Shown here in pieces: positions 24,911 through 33,521 of a stretch of DNA of 41,333 bases. Within the stretch, counting starts at the first letter, position 1. Each line of letters opens with the position of its first letter. Both the position numbers and the translations under genes were made by a program. Origin of the DNA: a virus (lineage: Duplodnaviria; Caudoviricetes); the IMG/VR virus record IMGVR_UViG_3300032280_000028, positions 1 to 41,333 of that record. One strand, given 5' to 3'. A model generated the notes under the pieces. The model did no database searches, had not been told where the DNA came from, and saw only the letters and a program-made list of their open reading frames with translations.

Positions 24911-25426
24911 TTATGCTTGGATCATTTCGGTAACGATGAATTCTATCTCAGCGTAGGTCTCTGTTGCGCCTTCTTTGGAAGTAGCAGGTTCGCCATACCG
25001 AGCATTGATTGCTGGCTCTGCGCCTTGCCAAACTAGATTGCCCGCGTCATTGCCAAAATTGTGATTGGATCGAAGTCTTGTTTTTATGTCATCAATTAGT
25101 GTATCGAACGCAACCATTGCTTCTTCCGAATTTCGCTCCATAGAGTGCTGAAAGATCTGCAAAATAACTGTGTAGTCAATGCGCTTCCAGCCGTTCGTAG
25201 CTCCGCCTACTGCAATACGAGACTCGTTCTCACCAGCGATATAAATTACAGCAGCAGATCGAGAGAGTTGCCCGGGCTGACTATTGACTTGGTAATTTAT
25301 GCGTTTAGGAAACGAAGTAAATACCTGATTGAGCGTAGGGATAGGCGGGTTGTAAAGAAAGTTAAATAATGTATATCGAACTCCGGAGCGCCCACCAGTA
25401 GGCAAAGTATTCGAGGTTGTAGGCAT
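24911..25426 (-). CDS. probable tail terminator
   Basis: Size and position; FDTLIDDIKTRLRS helix with flanking beta strands. Confidence 0.6.
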   Translation of the reverse strand: MPTTSNTLPTGGRSGVRYTLFNFLYNPPIPTLNQVFTSFPKRINYQVNSQPGQLSRSAAVIYIAGENESRIAVGGATNGWKRIDYTVILQIFQHSMERNSEEAMVAFDTLIDDIKTRLRSNHNFGNDAGNLVWQGAEPAINARYGEPATSKEGATETYAEIEFIVTEMIQA

Positions 25427-26316
25427 TATCTGATCCTGCGGTACTTATCGACCATATCAAGAGCCAAAGCGATCTCGTTGCCATAGCGGTTAGCGGAGGA
25501 GATTAGGCTGGCAGTAGGCTGAGTTGTAATCTGCATTGTCATAGAGTTGTCGCCTCGAGCTTTGATAAATGCCGTTGTGATGAGGATACAAGCCTGTTTA
25601 ATGGCGTTAGGTAGATTTCCTATGGTCGCCCCGGCATCGTGGCTATAAACGAGCGCAGAGGTCAAAGGAACAGTAGTTGAGCCGTAGGTATAAGTGCTGG
25701 CTACTGTGACTTGTTCTGATTTAGCGCCGTCAAAGATCCGAAGGCGCTGGCCGGCAATAATTCCTGTGCCGTCTCTGACTACTAGGCTTGTCGCTGCTGC
25801 TACGGCCGTGACTGTATAGGTATTCACAAAGCCCGCAACATAGTTATATTCGGTAAAAACTATGGAAGTAGCTCCGAGGCCTCCACCAAATCCAAGTGGG
25901 CCTTGTGATGAGTAATTTGTTTGTATTTGAGATAGAGGAATAATCATTTGCTGACCCTCGAACCACGCATAAGAAGGATCTTGGATAGGGGTCAAAGATC
26001 CGGGATATGGCCCATACGAAAACGACTCAAGAGAAATGATCGGCGAGCAGTTTGGGTGTAGAGAAATCCAGCCTTGTGGAGTAATTCTTGTGCGCTGAGT
26101 CTCTGTGTATTGAGTCGCTATCACGCTTTGATTGAGATATTCGTCCATGTAAGACGAAGCTCTAAGGATCACACGCGACAATTCTGCGTCTTGCGCAGCT
26201 AAGTTACCGCCTACTACGAGGTTGTCATAGTCAATAGAGGTCGGAGCGTCTTTGAACTCTGCAACCGATAAATAACTAGCCTCATAGAAAGTATCTGGTG
26301 TGATCCCCGTAGTCAT
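25426..26316 (-). CDS. head-tail adaptor protein
   Basis: YLSVAEFK, ILRASSYMDEYL, Y.AGF, LPNAIKQAC, final DKYRRIR. Confidence 0.75.
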   Translation of the reverse strand: MTTGITPDTFYEASYLSVAEFKDAPTSIDYDNLVVGGNLAAQDAELSRVILRASSYMDEYLNQSVIATQYTETQRTRITPQGWISLHPNCSPIISLESFSYGPYPGSLTPIQDPSYAWFEGQQMIIPLSQIQTNYSSQGPLGFGGGLGATSIVFTEYNYVAGFVNTYTVTAVAAATSLVVRDGTGIIAGQRLRIFDGAKSEQVTVASTYTYGSTTVPLTSALVYSHDAGATIGNLPNAIKQACILITTAFIKARGDNSMTMQITTQPTASLISSANRYGNEIALALDMVDKYRRIR

Positions 26317-26588
26317 TATTCCCCGTCTCTATCTGGCGTTCCGTTCTCATGCCCGCAACGCGAACACTTACGAAACCAAGATCCGAAGCCACATTCTACG
26401 CAAGTAAAACCCGCTCCGGCGTTTGTTGTAGGCCCCATAAGAGAAGCCTCAAAAAAACCTTCCGCTTTCATAGCTCTTTCTGCCGAAGGGCTATCAACAT
26501 TGTAAATTCCGCCTTTGTCCGGGCGATATGTATATGCGCCCACGACTGTTTCTCTTACGCCTTTGTCCGGTGCTACCCAGCGACCCAT
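26316..26588 (-). CDS. small Zn-ribbon protein of the head module
   Basis: CVECGFGSWFRKCSRCG; AGGAGG RBS. Confidence 0.7.
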   Translation of the reverse strand: MGRWVAPDKGVRETVVGAYTYRPDKGGIYNVDSPSAERAMKAEGFFEASLMGPTTNAGAGFTCVECGFGSWFRKCSRCGHENGTPDRDGE

Positions 26589-26602
26589 ATTTGCCTCCTA
26601 GA

Positions 26603-26646
26603 TTAAATAAGGGAGAGTGCGCCCAATATATGACGCACCCTCCCTC
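26603..26646 (-). terminator. rho-independent terminator after the capsid gene
   Basis: Minus strand AGGGAGGGTGCGTC-loop-GGCGCACTCTCCCT then TATTT (G-U pairs valid on this strand). Confidence 0.7.
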
Positions 26647-26659
26647 CTATTTATATTAC

Positions 26660-28330
26660 TTATGCAGAAACGATACCTGATACTGCGCCGTTCCAAGCAG
26701 GAGCGGTACAGAAGAAAGTTCCACGGAAGTATGTTGAGAACTCATACTGGAACTGAGTTACTGGCCATTGGATGCCCATGTAATCCTGAACCATAAAGTT
26801 CGCCCATACATCAGAAACCTCTGTGTCAGGGATTGGAAGTGTGAAAGACAGAACTGGAGATACGCCAGAGTTCAACCATGGGTGAACCATGATATCTACT
26901 GCCTTGCCAGTTACTTCGTTCTGGAGACCAGTCACAATAGAACCATAAGTAGTTCCAGTTGATCCCGGATCGTTGATTGTCAAACGATAGTTTGCAGTTG
27001 AGCCATTCTTGATTGCGTCAGAGAGCTGCTTGCGATCGTTACCGTTCATAAGAACGACATCTGGATCAGCCTTTACATTCTGGTAGAGGTTAGCGAACAC
27101 AGTCTGGTATTCCGCACCCGGATTAGAGGTTGAGAATGTTCCGTTGATTGCGTTGTTGAAACCTGTGTTTGGACCAAGAACAGTAGGAAGAATTCCGTCA
27201 TATCCAGTCGCGTAAGCAGAAGTGTTTGTAGCAGCGCGTGAAGCAGCTGCGCCATTTGTTGTCAAAGGAGCGTTGTTACCTGTTAGACCCTGAGCGCTTG
27301 CGCCTTGGATCGTGAAAGTACCTGTTCCCTTGAGTGTTCCCTGATATGTGAGGTTCGCTGCGCCAGTAGTTGTACCGACATAGATATTGTATCCAAGCGC
27401 TCCGACAACAGGAGTTGAGACAGTCACAGTTAGAACATCGCCTGATGCTACTGCGGTGCTTGCTTCTGTTCCGAGAACTGACTCACCGAAGCCGTTACCT
27501 GAGATACCAGCGTCAGTTGTGACATTCACATAGTAAGTAGTAGCAGCAAGAGCAACCTGTGATCCTGATGCGACTGGTGAAGCAAGTGCGAATGTTGGAG
27601 CAGCCATTGTTCCTGAGTAACCAGCAGCAGTACCGCGAGCCATTAGCATCATGCGTTCTTCCATAAGCATTGTTGCGTATAGAGTTGAAGTTGATGATAG
27701 TTGGCGAAGATCCTGATATCCAAGACCTGAGAAGTTAGCATCGAAGCTTACTGCGTCAGATAGTGAGTATGAGTTGTAAGGCAGGATCAAGTCATCTGCT
27801 GCGTATGTGATCTGTGGACCACGCTCAAAGTTAATCGAACCGAACGCAGTTGTCGTGCTCTGAGTAATTCCTGGCCATGTGTTTCCTACTCCGCCTGTAC
27901 CTGTACCGGTGTATCCAAGAATTCTCTTGACGCGGTGTGAAGTACCGACACCCTTCTTGCGAGGAATGCGGTTACGAAGTGGTGTTGGGCGAGGTGTTAG
28001 AAGCTTGGCAGGTGCCTCAAGGTCGAACGCTGCGAAAGAAGAAGCCAAAGGAACATCAAGAGTGATTTCCTTGTTGATGCTTCCCATGGCGGTGCGCTGA
28101 GCAGCGAGTGCGTTCTGGAGGCTTGCGTTTGCGTCTGCTGAAAGTGACTTGTTAGCCACAAGAGCTTCTAGTTGTGAAGTTGGATCTACGACAGGTGCTT
28201 GTCCGGGCATTGGAGCAGTGCGTGATAGAGACTTACCGAGTTCTCCGGTAAATTCTTCAAAGCGCTCTGCTGCTTCGCGTGGAGTAGCATCGCCGAAAAG
28301 ATCGTTAGCCTTTGGCGTATTTAATGCCAT
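26660..28330 (-). CDS. major capsid protein with internal beta-sandwich insertion
   Basis: Follows the protease; FDLEAPAKLL.P..TPLRNRIPR, EERMML, VHPWL..G, APAWNG; GAAAGGA RBS and downstream terminator. Confidence 0.85.
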   Translation of the reverse strand: MALNTPKANDLFGDATPREAAERFEEFTGELGKSLSRTAPMPGQAPVVDPTSQLEALVANKSLSADANASLQNALAAQRTAMGSINKEITLDVPLASSFAAFDLEAPAKLLTPRPTPLRNRIPRKKGVGTSHRVKRILGYTGTGTGGVGNTWPGITQSTTTAFGSINFERGPQITYAADDLILPYNSYSLSDAVSFDANFSGLGYQDLRQLSSTSTLYATMLMEERMMLMARGTAAGYSGTMAAPTFALASPVASGSQVALAATTYYVNVTTDAGISGNGFGESVLGTEASTAVASGDVLTVTVSTPVVGALGYNIYVGTTTGAANLTYQGTLKGTGTFTIQGASAQGLTGNNAPLTTNGAAASRAATNTSAYATGYDGILPTVLGPNTGFNNAINGTFSTSNPGAEYQTVFANLYQNVKADPDVVLMNGNDRKQLSDAIKNGSTANYRLTINDPGSTGTTYGSIVTGLQNEVTGKAVDIMVHPWLNSGVSPVLSFTLPIPDTEVSDVWANFMVQDYMGIQWPVTQFQYEFSTYFRGTFFCTAPAWNGAVSGIVSA

Positions 28331-28360
28331 AAGAGGTAGTTCCTTTCGAGTTGGGTTGAG

Positions 28361-29782
28361 TTACTTATTAAGAGACGCTTCGGCACTTGCGAAATATTCT
28401 TTTGCAAGTTCGTTATATCCCTTTACAAGAACTGGGTCTGTTGTTGCGTTTGCTTTCGCTTTGTAGGTAGCAGCCTTGACAAGAAGATCATTGTCTTGCG
28501 CTAATGATGTTCCTGTTCTTTTTGGGCCACCAGCCACCGCGAGAGATTTAGCAGTTGCCAACTCGGCCTCAAGGCTTACCGACTTCTCAAGTGCAGCCTC
28601 TTTTGCTGCGACAAGTGACTCGATCTCTGCTTTAAGTGACTCTGTTGCGCTCTTGACTACTTGCTCCACGAGGGCATTTACTTCTGTCTCATCGACAGAA
28701 ACTGTTTTAGCTGCGTTGATCCGGGCTTGTGAGTCTGTCACAGTAGCCTCAAACGGAACTCCGGCGGTCTCGCCAGCAGCAATGTTTGTAGTTCCTTCAA
28801 GATCTGCTTCTGTTTCCTCAGTAGGAACAGGATCAGGATTGGCTTTCTTGTCGCACATACATTCCTTCATAGATTTATCGCAGTCTTCGCACATCTTGTC
28901 TTCGTCTGCGGTCTCCTCAGCAGCCTTGGCATATTCTTCAATCTCCTCAGCGACTTCGCCTTCCGCCTCTTCACCTGAGTACCACATAGCAAGGTGCGCT
29001 ACGGCTTCGAGTAAGTGAGAGATAGACATAATTTCGTTAGATCCCTCTTTCATCTCACCGGCTTCAACCTGAATGAGATTAGCAAGAGCTTTGCGGGCTG
29101 CTTCGTATTGTGTTTTATCAAACTTCACAAGTGAAGCAAGAATTGATTTAGCCTTAGCGGTCTTTTCAATACCGAGAGCTTCTAGTTGTTCTTCTTCTAC
29201 GATCTCGGCAATAGGTGTGTCAGGTAATACTTCTTCAACCAATTCCGGAGTCTCAGTAGCAGGAGTTGTCTCTACTGCGTCTTCTTTTTCAATGAGTTCT
29301 TCCACTTTCCATACTCCGTTTTCTCCGTTGATGCTTTTTGCAAGAACGAGTTGGCAATTAGGGTTCGCTGGGCGATCTACCAAAGATACCTCAACAATTT
29401 GTCCGTCAATAATCCGGCCGTTAGCAGCCTTCTCATCTCTGGTAATTCTAGGGTTTTTAATTCCAATAGAGAAGCCTTTTAGAACTCCAAGATCTACCTT
29501 TTTGACTGATGCTGGATCTACTACAAGGGCGCGGATATAGTGGCCGTCTTGTTTCTTCTCGTATTCTTTTGCAACACCCGCTGCGATAGAGGAGTGTTGC
29601 TCGCGAATATTTCCACCGGATTTGAACCACTCAGGCATAGCAGAGTCGAGCCAAGTGTCATCACAAATCTGCTGGTCAATATCGATTGAGTCATCTGTCG
29701 CCTTGCCATAGACCATAAGTGTTCCGTCAGCGTTTTTATCTGACTTTACAATTGCGAAGAACGCGGTAGTTAGATCAGCCAT
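28361..29782 (-). CDS. HK97-type prohead protease fused to scaffold region
   Basis: IREQH, GVLKGFSIG, EVSLVDRPANP, then a long acidic coiled region. Confidence 0.88.
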   Translation of the reverse strand: MADLTTAFFAIVKSDKNADGTLMVYGKATDDSIDIDQQICDDTWLDSAMPEWFKSGGNIREQHSSIAAGVAKEYEKKQDGHYIRALVVDPASVKKVDLGVLKGFSIGIKNPRITRDEKAANGRIIDGQIVEVSLVDRPANPNCQLVLAKSINGENGVWKVEELIEKEDAVETTPATETPELVEEVLPDTPIAEIVEEEQLEALGIEKTAKAKSILASLVKFDKTQYEAARKALANLIQVEAGEMKEGSNEIMSISHLLEAVAHLAMWYSGEEAEGEVAEEIEEYAKAAEETADEDKMCEDCDKSMKECMCDKKANPDPVPTEETEADLEGTTNIAAGETAGVPFEATVTDSQARINAAKTVSVDETEVNALVEQVVKSATESLKAEIESLVAAKEAALEKSVSLEAELATAKSLAVAGGPKRTGTSLAQDNDLLVKAATYKAKANATTDPVLVKGYNELAKEYFASAEASLNK

Positions 29783-29795
29783 TTTGTCTCCTCGA

Positions 29796-30077
29796 TTACG
29801 CCGAATAGGTTAGAACGATCGCGCCTGTTGCTGAAGCTGCTGCTGAAATTGCATAAATAGTGTCGTTAGCACTTGCATAAAATATTTGATTGGCTCCAGA
29901 AGCAAGCGTGCGCCCAATGGTCGCGCCTGAAGTAGTAATAGTTTGATCTCCGATAAAGATTGCTGCACTATGCCCGTTGTGAATGTTAATTGGAGTTTGT
30001 GGTCTCGCGTTGCTATCTACTTGATGCAAAATTGAGACTACTGTTTGTGTGCTTGCGTTGATGTGCTTAAATGCCAT
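29796..30077 (-). CDS. small beta-rich head-module protein (93 aa)
   Basis: HNGHSAAIFIG...TIYAISAA pattern and position. Confidence 0.65.
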   Translation of the reverse strand: MAFKHINASTQTVVSILHQVDSNARPQTPINIHNGHSAAIFIGDQTITTSGATIGRTLASGANQIFYASANDTIYAISAAASATGAIVLTYSA

Positions 30078-30078
30078 G

Positions 30079-30222
30079 TTATTCGATCCATTCTATTGGC
30101 GATAGGAGCAAAGCCTCTTCTATTGTGGCCATAACTTTATCATTACTTGTAACTGGAGTGCCTCTTTTTAGGAACTCTGCGCCTTCGAGTATATCTCCGG
30201 CTATGCGCTCTTTGGCGCTCAT
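30079..30222 (-). CDS. 47-aa protein coupled to MuF-ART (candidate immunity protein)
   Basis: Manual: MSAKERIAGDILEGAEFLKRGTPVTSNDKVMATIEEALLLSPIEWIE; ATGA overlap with the MuF stop. Confidence 0.55.
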   Translation of the reverse strand: MSAKERIAGDILEGAEFLKRGTPVTSNDKVMATIEEALLLSPIEWIE

Positions 30223-31634
30223 TTAGTCACCGCAGATACATCGATAATTGTCATTCTAACTCCGTTTATTACTTCCTCGGTAATGTCTTCTACTTCAAAG
30301 ATCGTTCCACGGGCTAAGATCACTTCGTACTCAGAGCTTCCCGGAACTACCAAACCCTTAGCCCCGTAACTATCAATACGAAGAATAGTGGCTTGTTCTC
30401 CGGTGCGTATGCCTCCAACAACAGATCCGCTCGATTTAGAAAAACCCGCAGCAGTAATAGGATCAGTAGTAGTAGCTTGGAATAACTTAGAACTGAATTT
30501 GTCGCCTACTGTAAGTTGCGCCAAGCCGTCTGTCTGGCCTCTATACAAATACTCGATCTCGTCAAAGGCCAAAGATTGCATATTGTCGTCAAGTATGCCA
30601 ATAATCTCTTTTATCTCGCCTGTTGGAGATCCTCCTGAGAGAGATCCTTGAACACGGCGGTAATCTTCGCCTTGCCAGCGTTGAGCAGCGAAGCGCAAAT
30701 CATCAGAAGGCTCGCCAAACTCTCGTTGTAAATAATCGTAATCCCTTTTGCCTTGCTTGGTAGGAGACGCAAAATCTCCAACTTCGACAGGGATTTGTTC
30801 CGGTACTGCGGTAGGTGCTATATCTACTACGCCGTTTTGGTTCGGAGTCTCGCTCATATCCGGGATCACCGGGATCAAGGCGCAACGGCAATTAGGGTGT
30901 TGAGGAGGTTGAATAACTCCAGAAGGAAAAGGCGAACCGATATTTACCACCGCTCCGTCATTGAGAGCGCAGATATCGCAAGGGTTGATAGGTAGCCACT
31001 CTTGCTTTTCAAGGCCAAACTCTTTGTATGTCTCCATAGCAGCGTAAGAGGCGACTCGATTCGTCTCAGTAATGGCGATAGTTAGCGCTCGCGAAGCCGA
31101 TTGAACATGATTTTGGATCAGTCTCGAAGCTTGCCGGCTAGATAAACCGAGGGCAATAGATTCCCCAAGAGCAGATCCGATCTCGTTGTATGTCTCTTTT
31201 TCTAGCCCGCGTATTCGTGCCTTGCCCGCGTTGAGTAATCTTTCAAGAGCGCCCGGTGGCTTTACAAGCGCAGCAGCAACTTCGTCTCCCGGTGTCCAAT
31301 TATCCCAGTCGATATAGTCGGTATCTCCGGCCTTTTGCAGTTCCTTGGCCTTCTGTACGGCCTCTCGAGCTGCTAATTGACCCATTATGAAGGCCTCAGT
31401 CCATAAGCGAACAAGAGCCAAATAGACGGCATCCATTTCTAAATTTACATTGAGCATAGCCCAAGAGCGAGCGCGAGAACGATCTCTGGCAAGATTATCG
31501 GTCTTGATTGGCTGAGTCTCTTGGTATCGTTCAAAGACTTTTTTAGGATCTATTTGCTGACCAAGAGCAGCGCGGATCTTTGTCGCGTTCTTTGCTGCTA
31601 TGCGCCCCTCTGCCTTATGAGCGCCCCAGATCAT
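30219..31634 (-). CDS. MuF (SPP1 gp7-like) minor head protein with C-terminal ADP-ribosyltransferase domain
   Basis: IAITETNR, CDIC, PPQHPNCRC (MuF); YLYRG, FQATTTD, SEYEVILARG (R-S-E type ART). Confidence 0.85.
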   Translation of the reverse strand: MIWGAHKAEGRIAAKNATKIRAALGQQIDPKKVFERYQETQPIKTDNLARDRSRARSWAMLNVNLEMDAVYLALVRLWTEAFIMGQLAAREAVQKAKELQKAGDTDYIDWDNWTPGDEVAAALVKPPGALERLLNAGKARIRGLEKETYNEIGSALGESIALGLSSRQASRLIQNHVQSASRALTIAITETNRVASYAAMETYKEFGLEKQEWLPINPCDICALNDGAVVNIGSPFPSGVIQPPQHPNCRCALIPVIPDMSETPNQNGVVDIAPTAVPEQIPVEVGDFASPTKQGKRDYDYLQREFGEPSDDLRFAAQRWQGEDYRRVQGSLSGGSPTGEIKEIIGILDDNMQSLAFDEIEYLYRGQTDGLAQLTVGDKFSSKLFQATTTDPITAAGFSKSSGSVVGGIRTGEQATILRIDSYGAKGLVVPGSSEYEVILARGTIFEVEDITEEVINGVRMTIIDVSAVTK

Positions 31635-33499
31635 GCCAGATACGCTTTGGCGAGCGCTCTTGCGGTATCAAGATCCCCGTCAAAAGCACACTTATTGAGT
31701 GCGTCAGCAACAATAGGATCTAGGTGCTTGAACTCAAATAGGCGGGCGCGCTTACCCTTGTTAGCCCATTTCATAAAGGCTTTGACCTCAGCGCCTACTT
31801 CGGCATTTACTTCGGTCTCTTCTTCCAGAGCTTCGGAAGGTTCGCCTTCTTCTTCCGGCTTCTCGCCAATCTCAGTAGTAGCCGGCTTGTTCTCAAGCGG
31901 GTTTCCTTCTTGATCTAATTGAGGAGCGCCAGCAATAGAGGTCGCGTTGATGATTCCTTCTGGCGAGAACAGGTACATACCCGCTCCAGATACAAGAATA
32001 GGCATATCAGCCTGTGGTGTATCGAGGAGGGGAAGACCCAATTCGGATCTATGCTCGTTAAGAGTCTTAGCGCCGGAGGTCACTTCGATCTGCGCTTTAC
32101 GAGCGTTTGATTCGTCATCGATTCGCTTAGAGGTCATCAACTTAAACTCGAGTTCGCGTGGCATACCGAGGTAGGCATAGGAGAGCTGCGTAATCATCTT
32201 CGAGATCCAGTTAACAAGAGGCTGAGCGCCAATCGCTTCGGAAGTAGAAGCTCTGCCTTCTTCGAAGCCCGCTCCTCCAAGGCCACTCTTTGGAGAGAAG
32301 CCGATTTCGGAAGGCTGAACGCCAAAGTGACCGCAAATTGAGGTAATTAAGTAATCGTCAAGAGTATCTTTGAACTTCTCGCCATAGCCTTCGTATTGCA
32401 CCGGCTTCATACCGGAAGGAAGAAGACGCGCTCGCATTCTTTGTTGAGTCTGTCCAGCAAGATCGTCATTGAATATGTTTTCGTAGGCGCGTAGAAGCTC
32501 TGGATTAGTTCCCCAAGTAGCGTCTGTCTCGAACATCAATTCAGGTAAAACGCCGTCTGTGTATTCGGCGCGTAACCATTGTTGTCTGCGAAGGTAGATA
32601 TCGGCTAGTGGTAGGGCGCGTTCGGTTGGAGAGTAACCATAAACAGAGATCGTTCTGCGGTTACGCACCATATAAGCAAGATCGTCAGAAGTAAATTCTC
32701 CGTCTGCCTGTGGATCGTCATTGTTTGCTGAGAACTCGGATCTTGGGAAGCCGTAAAGGATCTGTTGATAGGCAGCGCTTGGAGGCATTGGGCGCATACC
32801 GCGATCATCTAATAAAGGCTTGATTGTTGTGCCGTCTAGGATCTGGAGGCCGTATAGATCCCCGCCGACAGAGCGCTGAGGCCAAACTGCCCAAGCATCT
32901 ACCACAAGGATTTCTTCAAGGGCAATCATTAGCCAGTCGGTGAAAGTAAGGCCGTTTGAACGATCTGGGTTCTCCCAGAAAGTACGAACGCGGTCAATCT
33001 CGTCATTGAACTCTGCGCGAGCCTTAGCCATAGCGCGTACATGATCTCCTCCGCTATCGGAAGCAATCTTCTCTGCTGCGTCTGAGCCGAGAACAATATC
33101 CCAATCAAGTCCGGTGATCTTCGACTTTAGAACCTCAATACAACGGCGCAGAATATCGATTTGTTCGCTCGCAGCTCTGAGAGTCTTGAACGGAACAATG
33201 CGTGTTTCGGTGATGTTGATGTTCTGAGCAACTTGGAACTCATACCTACGGGGATCTGGTCGCCCGTCTGGCCGAACAGGGTTGATCGCTCCCGGAGTAA
33301 TTGGTGTGCCCGGCCCAAACGGAACCATTGACATCCAAGGCTCGCGTGGTAGGGGCGTAGAGTTTCCGTAGCCGGTTGAGTTCTGGCCACCGCGTGACAT
33401 TTCTGCCTCGGTCATAGTGACTGCTCCGGCAGGAAGGTTCGGTGCTTTATCTACCGATCCAGCGAGTATTGCCTTAGCGATACGGTCTCGAAGACCCAT
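31631..33499 (-). CDS. portal protein
   Basis: 622 aa upstream of MuF; YGYSPTE, ICGHFGVQPSEIG, TLNEHRSELGL. Confidence 0.9.
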   Translation of the reverse strand: MGLRDRIAKAILAGSVDKAPNLPAGAVTMTEAEMSRGGQNSTGYGNSTPLPREPWMSMVPFGPGTPITPGAINPVRPDGRPDPRRYEFQVAQNINITETRIVPFKTLRAASEQIDILRRCIEVLKSKITGLDWDIVLGSDAAEKIASDSGGDHVRAMAKARAEFNDEIDRVRTFWENPDRSNGLTFTDWLMIALEEILVVDAWAVWPQRSVGGDLYGLQILDGTTIKPLLDDRGMRPMPPSAAYQQILYGFPRSEFSANNDDPQADGEFTSDDLAYMVRNRRTISVYGYSPTERALPLADIYLRRQQWLRAEYTDGVLPELMFETDATWGTNPELLRAYENIFNDDLAGQTQQRMRARLLPSGMKPVQYEGYGEKFKDTLDDYLITSICGHFGVQPSEIGFSPKSGLGGAGFEEGRASTSEAIGAQPLVNWISKMITQLSYAYLGMPRELEFKLMTSKRIDDESNARKAQIEVTSGAKTLNEHRSELGLPLLDTPQADMPILVSGAGMYLFSPEGIINATSIAGAPQLDQEGNPLENKPATTEIGEKPEEEGEPSEALEEETEVNAEVGAEVKAFMKWANKGKRARLFEFKHLDPIVADALNKCAFDGDLDTARALAKAYLA

Positions 33500-33521
33500 G
33501 TGTATCTCCCTTTACTGCTAG

